Part shown: positions 27,126 through 40,049 of the stretch, piece after piece
Numbering within the stretch: position 1 is the stretch's first letter
Layout of the letters: each line of letters starts with the position of its first letter
Assembly: GCA_964016885.1 (NCBI GenBank)
Contig: OZ024740.1
Coordinates: 283,092,001 to 283,156,000, forward strand
DNA: 64,000 nucleotides
Source: Eledone cirrhosa
Lineage: Eukaryota
Direction of reading: 5' to 3'
The notes under the pieces: generated by a model
Databases searched by the model: none
The model's input: only the letters and a program-made list of their open reading frames with translations
What the model was told of the DNA's origin: nothing
Made by a program: the position numbers and the translations under genes

Positions 27126-28465
27126 GAGGGGGGGGGGGGGGTAGAAAAGGGCTGTAACACCCCTCTTGCCGACTTTGTCATGGGTAACCCCTGCTTGCAA
27201 AGGTAGACGTAAGATTTTCTTTTATATCTTTTTATCGTTTCCTCTATATTTCCTTCTTCCCCTATCCCTTCCTAGTCCTCCCACCCCATCCCTTCCTAGT
27301 CCTTCCAGCCCAGTCCTCCTTCTTTGTCGTCGTCCTTTTCCCTTTCTCGCCTACCCCGAAGCAGCCCCTCAGTCCTTTGTAGCCTCAGTACGCCCACCCC
27401 CATCCCCTATTCTATGATAGAATTGGCCGACTCCGCTTTTTATAGCAGATGTGATAGACTCCAGATACTTGCTTTCTCATCCGATGGCTGCCCCATTTCC
27501 GTGCTTTCTACATTTCTTAGTGGTATCTCTGCTTTAGTTTCTCGTATATCAGTATTTATTTTTTTATGGGATTCTGAATTAATTTTCCGTATCAAATTTT
27601 TCATATATATTGTACGAGCATTTATGTAGCTTGTACTAGAATTTTTGTATCGTAGCGGTTCCCTTATTATAGTATTAGTATTCATTTTCGGGATTCTGAA
27701 TTATTATTTCGTATTAGTTTATGTTTTGCACTGGGTAATTGCTGGCCTTGTGCCTAAAGTGGAAGCAATTATTTCGTATTAGTTTCGGGACTCTGAATTA
27801 TTATTTCGTGGTGGTTTCTTTAGTATTTTGGCCCCCTACTTGTTGACCTGTCACTGTAAGATATACTCGGTTGATTACTACTAACTCATAAAATGGTCTC
27901 ACTACAATTACGTCCCACCTAGTAAACTTTTCTATAGTTTAGCAGTACCAATGAGAGACTTGATGATTGTGGTTAGGGAATAGTAACCAGAATTTATTTT
28001 TTTATATTTTTAATATTCTTGGTACTCTTCTATATATTTACCCCATATTGATTTACTTATTGTTTCGACTCCTCCCCCTCCCCCTCCCTAGTAAACTTGC
28101 TTGACCTACTGCCCTTAGGATCCTGCTGAGAAGCTCGGCTATTCATATACCAGGATAAAAATGTTCATTTAGTCCAGAATTAGCCGTCGAAATGGCTTGA
28201 GCTCAGCCGTCGGGTTCCTACTCGTTCCTATTACCCACTCTACTACTCTAAGTATTGAGTACTTTGGTGCGTTATGGTCCACCTGGTTCCTTACCACATT
28301 TCCTTCGTTATATAACTATATATATATATATATATATAGTGACGAAACATAAATCAATTGCATGAACTCATAATCCTTTATTTACTGCTATATATATTTC
28401 GATGATAGCCATTGAATGGCTATATATATATATATATATATATATCAATGATATTAATAATATTA

Positions 28466-28519
<54 letters not shown>

Positions 28520-28537
28520 ATAATATGAATATATATA

Positions 28538-28600
<63 letters not shown>

Positions 28601-29081
28601 ATGATATTAATAATATTAATAAATGGAAGCTATATTTATAAAACCATATTTATTTAATTATATATATTTCAAGGGTACCAACAAATTAAATATCTCTTTG
28701 CTTATATATATATATATATATATATATTCATTTTTTCTTCTAACTTTAATTGTATACCTAATTGTGTATGGTTGACGATATATTTAATCGATTTCCACGC
28801 GCTATTGAAATGCTGGGTAAATATTCCATAGCTGTTGATCGCGAATAGATGAGTGTCATTTATTTATCTATTACTTCTTCATAGGTGCCTTTTAATCTTA
28901 TAGCCTGGTTTAATTGTTTTTTTTGTGTGGTTGATTATGCTGATTGGGAGAGGAAATGGTGGATATATCTTATCAAATGATTCTATGGACATAATTTATA
29001 GTATATATACTCTTTTACCCTTTTACCTGTTTCAGCCATCCGGCTGAGGCCATGCTGGGGCACCGCCCTTGTATATATATA

Positions 29082-29154
<73 letters not shown>

Positions 29155-29272
29155 GTATAAATATTTCGTATCTCCAAAGAAATACAGTTTTAGGAAGTCG
29201 TAGCTATGCAAACACCGGGGGGGGGGGGGGGCTAACGCCCTCTGGTGATGTCCAGCAGAAGCAAGGGGGACA

Positions 29273-29316
29273 ACCGTCTATGCATTTCAGGCTTAACTGG
29301 CCTTCGTCAGGACGGT
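29273..29316 (-). ncRNA. Type I hammerhead (family G, copy 1)
   Basis: accgtc-CTGACGA-aggc cagttaa gcct-GAAA-tgca-TA-gacggt. Confidence 0.85.
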
Positions 29317-29599
29317 CCATCCCACCGCATGCGACTGCTGTGCTGGACTAGAAGACAGGCGAGAAAATATACTTTTCTCGTCTGTGTAAATGAGGTGATT
29401 AATCTCATTTGCATATGAAGCTGCATAAGTTGGCTCAACTTATAATAAAAAAGAAATAGGATTTTGCTTCAAGCATAGCTTTATACAATATGTATAAATA
29501 TTTCGTATCTCCTGAGAAATCAGTTTTACGAAGCCGTAGCTATGCAAACACCGGGGGGCTAACGCCCTCTGGTGATGTCCAGCAGAAGCAAGGGGGACA

Positions 29600-29643
29600 A
29601 CCGTCTATGCATTTCAGGCTTAACTGGCCTTCGTCAGGACGGT
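29600..29643 (-). ncRNA. Type I hammerhead (family G, copy 2)
   Basis: Identical to copy 1, 327 bp away. Confidence 0.85.
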
Positions 29644-29793
29644 CCCTCCTACCGCTTGCGACTGCTGGACATCACCAGAGGGCGTTAGCCCCCCGGTGTT
29701 TGCATAGCTACGGCTTCCTTAAACTGAATTTCTTTGGAGATACGAAATATTTATACATATTGTATAAAGCTATGCTTGAAGCGAAATCCTATT

Positions 29794-29883
<90 letters not shown>

Positions 29884-30689
29884 ATAGATAACGAGGAGTC
29901 AGTGGTGCATCAAAACACAATTTATTAACATATTACATATGTTTCTACGACCATCAGCTCAAGGCAGAATCTGTTACAGATCGAACGTGACACTGCATTC
30001 GCAAGTTCATCAGATATGTTTTGCAAAATATATTTATAATAATATACTCTGCTCTTCGCGAGCATCGAGTGCTCAAACGGCATACCTCCTACGAACCATT
30101 TATTGCAACCATACAGCAACCATATATATACATATATATATATATGTGTGTGTGTGTTTGTGTGTGAATGGGTGTGTGCGTGCGTGTGTATGTGTTGTGT
30201 GTGTGTGTGCGTGTGTATGTGTTGTGTGAGTGAGTGTATGTGTGTGTGTGTTGTGTGTGTGTGATATGTGTGTGTGTGTTAGTCGTGTAACTAAAATTAC
30301 AGACGGCTTACAGTTTGAAATAGATTAAAGAGAATCGAAGTGTGTGTTGCAGCATATGTACAAAATTTATCGGCATATTAAATTTGTTTCGAAATCGATT
30401 AGCTCAGGGTACAATCAAAATGATGGTGCCCAACATCTTTTTCGATATCACGACAGATATGCGACAATTTCTGGTATGTTGACATAATGTTGTTTAGCTA
30501 TATTTATGTAACAATTTCAGTCATTCAGTTTCAATTTCTTACTGTTATCCCCAGAATATATAATCGCCAGAATGACTCTGATAAAACACTTTCCAGAATA
30601 TGCTTACATTTATGGCTGGAATGTCAATCATTTCTTCATTTACAATGAAGAAATTCGTTCATACGGTCACTTTCTTACTGTTATTTTAT

Positions 30690-32235
30690 TAAAACTGGTG
30701 GAAACTATAGAGATATGAAGACAGGTTTTTTCTGGGATAAAAATGCTGAGTGAAAAGAAAACTTTTAACCAAGATGCAGTGTGGCTAAAAGAAATCCAAA
30801 AGAAATATTGCTGCTGCACCACAACAAAAACATACGAAATAAATGAGGATACCATTGAGACTGTGATAGGAAAACTCCAAGATAGGAAAACACCAGGAAG
30901 AGACAGGATTGTCGGCTACTGGAACAAAAAACTGATATTCTATCGGAGATATCTTATCGGAGATAGCTTACCAGCAAGCTTTCAAGGGAGATACACATAT
31001 ACCTGAATGGTTGACATTAGCACAAACAATACTAGTCCCCATGAACAAAGATACCCACTTGGCAAAAAACTACCGACCCATTGCATGCCAGAACCTGATA
31101 TATAAGATGTATACAACCTGCCTGAAACTATTTCTCCAGGATCACAGCAACAATAATGATATCATCGCAGATAAACAAGCGGCTGGAAAGAAAGGGGTTT
31201 GGGGATGTGCTGAACAACTCCTAATTAACGAAACTGCGATGTCGGAGGTTCGACAACTTAGGAAGAATATAACTACAATCTTGGTGGATTACAGGAAAGC
31301 ATTTGCTTCTGTTCCCCACTCTTGGATGATAGAGGCCCTCCGACTTGATAAAATCCCAGACATTATTATCAAAGCCATAGAGAAGCAGTCTTTTTCTTGG
31401 GATATTATCGTAAAGTTAAAAACAGAGAAGAAAGACTCTATTTTCTCTTATAAAATAGAATATCACAGGGGTATATTTCAAGGAGACAGTCTCTCCGTAT
31501 TACTATTTATCCTGTCATTAAACCCCTTGTCCTTTCTGCTCAAGAAATGTGAAGGATACGTCATTGGCTCACACGAGGACAGAAATAAGCATTCACTGTG
31601 TGGATGACCTTAAAATCTATGCCAAGAACATAAATGGAATGAAGAAAAATCTTGACCGGGCTGCAACGTTTTGAAAGGATATAGGAATGGAGTTTGGCCA
31701 AGATAAATGTTCATATATAATTGTAAAGCGGGGAAAAACTACAACATTTGTATCAATGGCCTAATTGTTTCACCGATATCTGACGAGAACTGCTACAAAT
31801 ACATGGGATAGATGAGAATATATTCCTATAATGGTATTTGTAATAAGGAATATTACATTTGTAATAAGGAATATAACCATGGAATATTACACCCGCTTAA
31901 GAAAGATATGACCACAATAAAGCAGTGGTTCACAATGTGTTTGCTGTGCCTGTCCCAACACCAACGTTTGGAATACTCGAGATACGAAATCCGAGCAATT
32001 GATGTTAAAACTCGAAAAATGTTAAACAACACCTAAAACTTCCACATCCACAGTGACATAGACCACCTCTATTTGAAATATAATCAGGGAGGCCGAGGCC
32101 TAACATTAGTCCAGACAGTATTTGAGTGTCGCATCATATCCCTCCGACAATATTTATGAACCTCCAAGCGTAGGAACCCATCTATTGAGCAAGTCTGTCT
32201 GCATGAGACAGATAAAATCATGAGAGTTGGGGATG
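30690..32235 (+). pseudogene. Decayed R4/Dong-like non-LTR reverse transcriptase
   Basis: KTPGRD, NYRPIAC, QAAGKKGVWGCAEQLLI, DYRKAFASVPHSW, RGIFQGDSLS, VDDLKIY, IGMEFG and LYL...GGRGL; frameshifts and stops. Confidence 0.85.
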
Positions 32236-33292
32236 ACTCATGCCACCCACCTACAGTTTGCAGAAACTTCGTGAGAAATATCGGCACTAGAAACTCTAAC
32301 CTATCTTCTAATAAAACAATATTTGACAGAGCGGCACCCTATTACAACGCGGCGTTAGCTAATAGCAACTTCTCACAATCAATTGCTTACTCCCCTCCTA
32401 ACGCCAACAACAATAGAAAAAGCAATTGTGCTAATAGAAAAATAATTTGGTTCTCCTCGCCCCCTTAAATTAATGTAGTTAAATTTTTTTAGCTCTCTTA
32501 GATAGGCACTTCCCCATGGGTCTTAAATACCGCTCCATCTTTAACAGACAAAGGGTGAAACACAGTTACTCCTGTGCTAAGAATATAAAGGCCAACATCA
32601 CCAACAACCCTAAGAGCAGATCCCCACCAGGATGCTCTTGCCGAAGGCCTGAAACATGTCCCCTTTAACAACAATGCAACACGAAGCTGCAGTCACTTCT
32701 AACCGATCAAATCAACAACAAATGGGCAAATCGTGTGTAGGTATGGCGGAGGGCTGGTCTAACGAATGCTTCCAGAATAATCTGTCGACATTCAGACACC
32801 CGGAAACACGATCGTCCACGAGGCTCGCAAGCCACATATGGTCCCTCAAGGACTCCATTCAATGGGAAGTAATTACTAAGTCTAAGCCATACAGAAATGG
32901 GAATCCGTTTAGTGGGCTGTGCATTGAAGAAAGAATCAATATCCTGAGGTAGTGCGTATTAGTGCTTGTCAATGAATTTTGCTAGCGTTATTTTGCTAGC
33001 GAATTTTGCACACGTTTCGAAACACCTATTCCGTAATTTCAAAGGCCCAGTCTTACTACCCGACGTAATCACCGTACTTAATAACATGAATAATCTATTA
33101 TATTCTGAGTTTTCCCAGTTGCCTCCCTGTATCGATCTAACGTGAGTTAATTCCCCTTTGGGAAGTAACTTCTGCATATTCGTATAATTGCTTTTCCTTT
33201 TCCGTATAATCTCATTTAAACCGAGCTCATGATCCGACTAAGTTGAAACAATTGTCCTCTGAAATGGTGAATTAGCTGTTGTGGACCTACCT
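32236..33292 (+). mobile_element. 5'-truncated PLE (family H): RT thumb/GIY-YIG remnant plus pLTR with decayed HHR (33221-33261)
   Basis: SCHPPTV, FDRAAPYYNAAL, RKIIWF, STRLASHIWSLK..WEVI..KPY..LCIEE; ends at (TA)n. Confidence 0.75.
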
Positions 33293-33320
33293 ATATATAT
33301 ATAAATATATATATATATAT

Positions 33321-33973
33321 AAGTAAATAACTTTAAGTCGTTTAGAAGCCTCGACAATGCAAATGGGTAAATCTCCGGGTAACAAGGTCCGGTGGTGGAG
33401 AGAGAGATGTAAGTGAGTGTACGTCGAGATGCGTGGTGTGTATAAGATGTGGGAGATGTGTAGAATAAAGAGTATAAAGGATAGAATAAAAATAACAACA
33501 CAAGAGAGAGTTACCTTGGGAGAGATTTAATAGTCCCTATATATTTCGGATTCACATCCATCAACTGGGGTTTTTTCCGGGGTGGGGGAAAAGGTTGTCT
33601 GTCGGACAGGTCCGGAATGCGTCCTTCGCTGTTTGTTGTTTTGAATATCTCAAAACAACAAACAGCGAAGGACGCATTCCGGACCTGTCCGACAGACAAC
33701 CTTTTCCCCCACCCCGGAAAAAACCCCAGTTGATGGATGTGAATCCGAAATATATAGGGACTATTAAATCTCTCCCAAGGTAACTCTCTCTTGTGTTGTT
33801 ATTTTTATTCTATCCTTTATACTCTTCATTCTACACATCTCACACATCTTATACACACCACGCATCTCGACGTACACCCACTTACATCTCTCTCTCCACC
33901 ACCGGACCTTGTTACCCGGAGATTTACCCATTTGCATTATCGAGGCTTCCAAACGACTTAAAGTTATTTACTT
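33321..33973. mobile_element. Near-perfect ~320-bp-arm fold-back cassette (family I)
   Basis: Mirror ORFs 33511-33699 (-) and 33595-33783 (+); centre ~33647. HHR-like ccc-CAGTTGA-t-ggat gtga atcc-GAAA-tata-TA-ggg at 33724-33759. Confidence 0.8.
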
Positions 33974-34010
33974 ATTGTTCCACAATGCTTCAAGCAAACT
34001 TCAATACTCT

Positions 34011-34027
<17 letters not shown>

Positions 34028-34047
<20 letters not shown>

Positions 34048-34525
34048 AAAATTAAATTAAGGGTGTCATGTCCGAAAGACATGCGCTATATCCACTGTAG
34101 TATATGCTCAAAGATTCCAATGAATAATAGATCCGAGCATTTTATATCAACTAGAAATTGATTGACATATATATATATCTAATATAAACATATGAAGCAA
34201 TTACAGGGAATAATTTGTAAAGTGTGTAAGCACACACAGCTAGGTAGTAACTAATTAAAGTTTAACTAGAACTTCAAATATAGATACCTTTTAAAATGAT
34301 TAATCTTCCTTGATTTGACTACTGTGATTAATGGTGAAATATATTTCTTTAATGAAATATATAAAAGGAAGATTAATCATTTTAACAGGTATCTATATTT
34401 AAAGTTCTAGTTAAACTTTAATTAGTTACCTACCTAGCTGTGTGTGCTTACACACTTTACAAATTATTCCTTGTGATTGCTTGATATGTTTATTTTAGAT
34501 ATATATATGTCAATCAATTTCTAGT

Positions 34526-34530
<5 letters not shown>
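34028..34530. mobile_element. Fold-back cassette between (TA)n arrays, no HHR recognised
   Basis: Arms ~34143-34311 and ~34366-34530 are reverse complements. Confidence 0.65.
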
Positions 34531-34565
<35 letters not shown>

Positions 34566-34593
34566 GTGGTTACACAACAGTTAGTTCACCATA

Positions 34594-34633
34594 CCGAGAA
34601 CAATTGTTTCACATTAGCGGATCTTCAGCTCGG
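34594..34633 (-). ncRNA. Type I hammerhead (family H)
   Basis: ccgag-CTGAAGA-tccgctaatgt-GAAA-caattg-TT-ctcgg; helix II is weak. Relatives at 33221-33261 and 37270-37310. Confidence 0.65.
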
Positions 34634-34746
34634 GATGTGTATGGTTATAGGAACAGGAAGGACAACCGTATGAACGCGCATGCGCAGAACTCGGTCACTT
34701 CACACAGGCAATACTAATATATATATATATTGAAATAACAGATTAA

Positions 34747-34797
34747 AGTTTAAGCACAGAATCGTTGCTTTCACCCTTAACGGGATCTTCTGAAACT
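34747..34797 (-). ncRNA. Hammerhead-like motif, CAGAAGA core (family J)
   Basis: agttt-CAGAAGA-t-ccc gttaa ggg-t-GAAA-gca acgattctg tgc-TT-aaact; all three helices pair. Confidence 0.6.
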
Positions 34798-34983
34798 AAA
34801 AACAATCAATCTGTAAACATAGTAAATATTTTGAAAAACGTTGTAACCGAAGAAAACAGGAAGACGATACTTTGGTTCGTGAAGACGTTCCCTGGCAATA
34901 GGGTTCTTATATATTTGATATATATTTATCCTTATCGAGCCCTCTTTGAATTTTAGTCTTCTCAATTTTATATATATATATAT

Positions 34984-35107
34984 AGATGAGATTCTACAGG
35001 ACTAAGTTCTAGTCCAGTAGAATCTCATCTATATTAAAACGTTTATACTCTGCAATGTATTGAGTACCTTACTTACTGTGGTTACCTCCGATTCAACCCG
35101 GAATAAC

Positions 35108-35109
<2 letters not shown>
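34984..35109. mobile_element. Short fold-back pLTR fragment (family M)
   Basis: Homologous (inverted) to 46222-46325; hairpin gatgagattctac/gtagaatctcatc. Confidence 0.65.
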
Positions 35110-35168
<59 letters not shown>

Positions 35169-35245
35169 CATATATATATATACATATATATATATACATG
35201 TATATATATATACACACATAAATATATGTCTATAAATATGTGCCT

Positions 35246-35315
<70 letters not shown>

Positions 35316-35802
35316 CTGTTCTGTGTCCCTGTGTCACCCTGGTTCTGCATGAGAATCATGTTAAGGGTACAGTTTCCACCGTAATACTCAACAACTGATA
35401 CTCTGATTCAGGAATCGAAAGTTCAGTTGATCACAAACTTGAATGATCATCGTCGAAATCGGGAAAATCGGGAGCTCAGTCATGTGTTTTATCATCAAAA
35501 TGACCCTCCCGATATACTCGTAAAATATTTCCTACAAAAAAAAAATAAAAGAAAATGGCTTCACACAAAAACATATTGCAAAATAATACAATAAGGATAT
35601 GTTTTTAGATATTTCCCATTAAAGTTATAAGTGCCGTGCAATGGTACTATAACATATAATCAGAACACCATCTAACAGTTAGATGACGGGATTATCATGA
35701 AAAAAAACTATGATGTAAATGTAGTCGAAATCGTGTCGCGAAGAGATGGTATCCGATAAATATGCACGTGAACCTACCGTTCCATTTAATGAGTATGTCT
35801 GA

Positions 35803-35872
<70 letters not shown>

Positions 35873-36086
35873 GTATATACGTGTTTGTGTAGGTGCGTAT
35901 TTCAATATGTATTCTTTTTCAAGTGTCTCTTCATATTCGCTATATTGATGTATTATTGTATAGATTATCGCCGTATCTCTGATTCTTTCCACTTTTATAA
36001 TCGTTTTGTACGAAAAAAAAAAAAGATTTGTGGTATAACTATGAAATATCGATTCGTATATTACACTACATCGTATATTACAAACA

Positions 36087-36212
<126 letters not shown>

Positions 36213-36344
36213 ATACGAGTACATGATACAGACAGACGACAAAGGGTCACACCGAGATTGCTTGATAGATAGACTCTTTCTCTCTCTCTCTTTATTTTCT
36301 TTCTCTCTTTCTCTCTCTCTCTTTCTTTTCTTTCTCTCTTTCTT

Positions 36345-36379
<35 letters not shown>

Positions 36380-36961
36380 GTGTGTGTGTGTGTATGTGTG
36401 TATGTGTGTGTGTGTGTGTGTGTGTGAGTATACGAGTACATGATACAGACAGACCGACAAAGGGTCACACCGAGATTGCTTGATAGATAGACTCTTATAT
36501 ATATAAAATGGACACAGACCAATAGACAGATAGATGAGTAGATGAACAGGTAGGTAGATAGAGAACGGTTAAGTTTGTATTTTTTTTTATTTGTTTAAAG
36601 ATAGGAGTCTTTTAGTTTGTGATGTTATCTCGCATAATATGTGCGTTATAAAGTCTATAATGTGTGAGTGATAGGGCCTAAAATGTGTTACATCGGATAA
36701 TGCGTGTGTTATATGTGTGTTATGTATGTATATGTTATGTTATGTTGAATATTAGATGTGTTATCTGGAATAATATGGATGCTATGTTACGTCGGATGAT
36801 GTGTGATATAATGTATGTTATAAGGTGTTATAATATAGCTAAGTAGTGTATTATAATGCGGATAATCAGTGCATTACAACGTGGAAAGTATGCCTCTTAT
36901 ACTGATGTATTCACAGAGCTACTTACATAGATATGCACTGAGAAGCACACACACACACACA

Positions 36962-37024
<63 letters not shown>

Positions 37025-37029
37025 GCACG

Positions 37030-37087
<58 letters not shown>

Positions 37088-37091
37088 AACA

Positions 37092-37123
<32 letters not shown>

Positions 37124-37343
37124 TACACATAAGCATGTTTTCACAAACATCTGTGTAAAGGAGCGTGTATGAGTGTATTTGTGTGTGTATGTATGTGTGT
37201 GTGTGTGTGGGTATGTGTGTGTGTGTATGCGTGTGCGTGTGTTTCCTTTTCCGTGTAATCTCATTTAAACTTAGCTGATAATCCTACTAAGGTGAAACAA
37301 TTGTTCTCGGAAATGGTGAATTAACTGTTAAGGAACTACTTAC

Positions 37344-37390
<47 letters not shown>

Positions 37391-38044
37391 AATATATGTT
37401 CAAAATATGTTCATAAATATGTGTGTGCGTGTGTGTCGGTCTGTGTGTGCATGCGCGGTGCACATGTTTTCGCCAAATACTTCCCTCCAGCTTACCACCT
37501 TTCATTTACAAATTTCCTACTCATGTATACTTGCATGTTTTCCATCTGCCCAGCTCTTGGCTATTAATTTGTTTCTGCTTCCTTTCATCCTACCCCAACC
37601 TTCCCATGTTTATTTCAGTCATATAAAATTCACCTTATCTCTTCTAACTATCGGCCCCCCCCCCATCTCCGCTGTCACTCATATTAATCCCAATTAGGAT
37701 TACTCTCTAGATCGATAATCTATACATTGTTTGTAGACTTCTTAAACGCTAATACACAACAGGGTCTTTCGTATTCAGATTCTACACTGGCCTTATATGG
37801 ATCAATTAAGCGTAAGATCCATTTCCATTTATAATGTGAATATGTGAGATACCAAAGAATATTGAAAGTGAAACGTATTATGAACATCACTTACTATATA
37901 ATCATATAAATACATAAACCTCAGTGAATATATATATAGCACCAATGAATACATAATTATCCAAATACATAGTTATGAAAATACATATATATCAGCTAAT
38001 ACATAAACATAGAAATACATAATTATACAAATACACACACACGC

Positions 38045-38132
<88 letters not shown>

Positions 38133-38346
38133 TTTCTGAATTTGTTTAGCAAGATTCTTTATCTGAAAACGTGTGTTGAAACCGATATTGTTATACTTTG
38201 GGAGGGACATGTTGCCAATAAGAAACACACGCACCAGATGCTTTCACTTCAATTTATAATAATAAATTTATAAATTTAGCAATTTATAAATTTCCGGTTG
38301 GTTGGTTGGTTGGTTGGTTCCACAACCAGATGATTGTTTATATATT

Positions 38347-38389
38347 GTCAAAGTTCTTTCGTCACACATTCTGTGACCTCTTCAGTGAC
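38347..38389 (-). ncRNA. Type I hammerhead (family F) in 3' pLTR
   Basis: gtca-CTGAAGA-g-gtcaca gaatg tgtgac-GAAA-gaac-TT-tgac; same sense as the PLE ORF. Confidence 0.82.
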
Positions 38390-38588
38390 TGGGGATTCTT
38401 TTCTTTGTTTTTGTGCCTCTCCTTTGTTCTGTCCTACGCCATCTTGTTTTTGTGTGTGTTGTGTGCTTAGTTTGCGTATGTATTACATCCGGGTGTCTGT
38501 GTGTGTTTATATTTGTTTATTTATTTGTTTATTTACATGTTACTGGTTGGTTGTTTGTTCTATGTGCGTGTGTGTTTTCATTTTGTCT

Positions 38589-39600
38589 TTAATTGTAAGT
38601 TGTGATGTTGCTGTTCCATTCATGTTTTCTATTTAATTTTGGTTGGAGTTCATTTATGCTTATTGCCTCTGTGATTTGTCTAAATATTGCGTCTTTTCTG
38701 TGTGTAGATTCTATTTTTATTTCTATGTTCTCTAATTTACCCTTATGTTCTATTTTAGCATGTTGGTAGAGTACAGATGATTCTTTACTACCTTGAAGGT
38801 CTCGCCAGTGTTCCTTTATCCGTTCCCCTATACTATGAGCTGTCTCACCTATGTACACTATATTCTTATCTCTACATTGTCCTTCAGTACATCTTATGCT
38901 ATATACTACATTTCTAGTTTTACAGTTAATATGGGGGCTTAATTTACAGATTATACATTTCTTATCTATACAGGGAGGTTTTTGAATAGGGTATGTATTG
39001 CTAATAAGTGTTTTTATGGAGGTACCAGGTCTTTCTACTATCTTAATATTGAGTTTATGTTTATCTAGGGCCCTTCTAAATTTGTAAGCTAATTTACCTC
39101 TAGGGGTTGTGTCGATGAACATTACACTCTGGTATTTATTGCTATCATACCATGAGTTTATTCTATTAACCTTATTCCTAGTCCTTTCTATTCTATTCCC
39201 AAATTTGCCCCTATACAAGGGCAGGTCCCATTTGTGTCATTATTTACCATGTTTTCCCATTTGGTTCTGGTTCCTCTATATACTCTGATTTTATCTCTCT
39301 GATTGTAACCAGAGAACTGCATACGGTGGATGAAGTGTTGTATGTGTCTCTCTAGTTCTTTGGGTTGCACATCCGGGACACGTTTCTCATCACCCGTACC
39401 AAATCCGCAATCAGTATGTTGATTTTGGTGTGGTCCGAAACAGCTGAGTTTCAGTGGATCAGATATTTGGAAGTCATGGGTTTGGCATAATGGGAATGGA
39501 GGATTTGGTTTTTGTTATTAATGGTATCTAACCTGAGCTCTGTGTCTAGTACAGGTAATCGATGGTTGGGGTATTTGCTTGGGTAGTCTATAGTAACTAT
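38589..39600 (-). pseudogene. PLE RT C-terminus plus Cys-rich linker and GIY-YIG endonuclease
   Basis: PCIDKKCIICK...CKTRNVVYSIRC...YIGETAHSIGERIKEH...RQITEAISI...LNRKHEW; stops and frameshifts upstream. Confidence 0.9.
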
Positions 39601-39605
39601 GATAC

Positions 39606-39647
39606 TCACTGAAGAGGTCATATAATGTGTGACGAAAGAACTTTGAC
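39606..39647 (+). ncRNA. Type I hammerhead (family F) in inverted 5' pLTR
   Basis: tca-CTGAAGA-g-gtcata taatg tgtgac-GAAA-gaac-TT-tga. Confidence 0.75.
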
Positions 39648-39911
39648 AATATATAAGCAATCATCTGGTTGTGGAACCAACCAACCAACCAGAAATTTAT
39701 AAATTTATTATAATAAATTGAAGTGAATGCAACTAGTGCGAGTGTTTCTTATTGGCAACATGACCCTCTCAAAGTATAACAATATATATATATAGTATTT
39801 GGCGAAAACTTGCGCCCCGCACACACACACACACACACACAGAGTCACACACGCACACATATAATACATAAACATAGAAATATATAATTATACAAATACA
39901 CACACACACAC

Positions 39912-39979
<68 letters not shown>

Positions 39980-40049
39980 AAAAAAGATGAAATCGAAAAT
40001 GCAACTGGAGTCTTATTTTTAAAAAAATATATATATTTATTTGGTTCCT

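Larger units (their letters stand above)
25682..28310 (+). mobile_element. 5'-truncated PLE (family A) with ~1-kb inverted 5' pLTR
   Basis: 25682-26812 is the reverse complement of 27287-28228, and the right arm lacks ~180 bp. The centre encodes a GIY-YIG C-terminus. (TA)n on both sides. Confidence 0.85.
29152..29799 (-). mobile_element. Tandem (~330-bp unit) plus inverted HHR cassette (family G), retrozyme/pLTR-like
   Basis: 29152-29340 is repeated at 29489-29665; 29665-29799 is the reverse complement of ~29447-29582; (TA)n flanks. Confidence 0.8.
38185..39783 (-). mobile_element. 5'-truncated PLE (family F) with inverted 5' pLTR
   Basis: RT thumb (LPVLD, YAKPM) and GIY-YIG on the minus strand. 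3' pLTR 38185-38545; inverted copy 39606-39783. Confidence 0.9.

Noticed and set aside
27110-27200. Possible SECIS downstream of the TGA-containing PLE ORF
   Set aside because: ATGA is present, but stem geometry is disrupted by poly-G; cannot be supported by eye.
39451-39453. In-frame TGA in family F PLE as selenocysteine
   Set aside because: Not at a recognisable Cys position; likely CGA>TGA decay, with frameshifts nearby.
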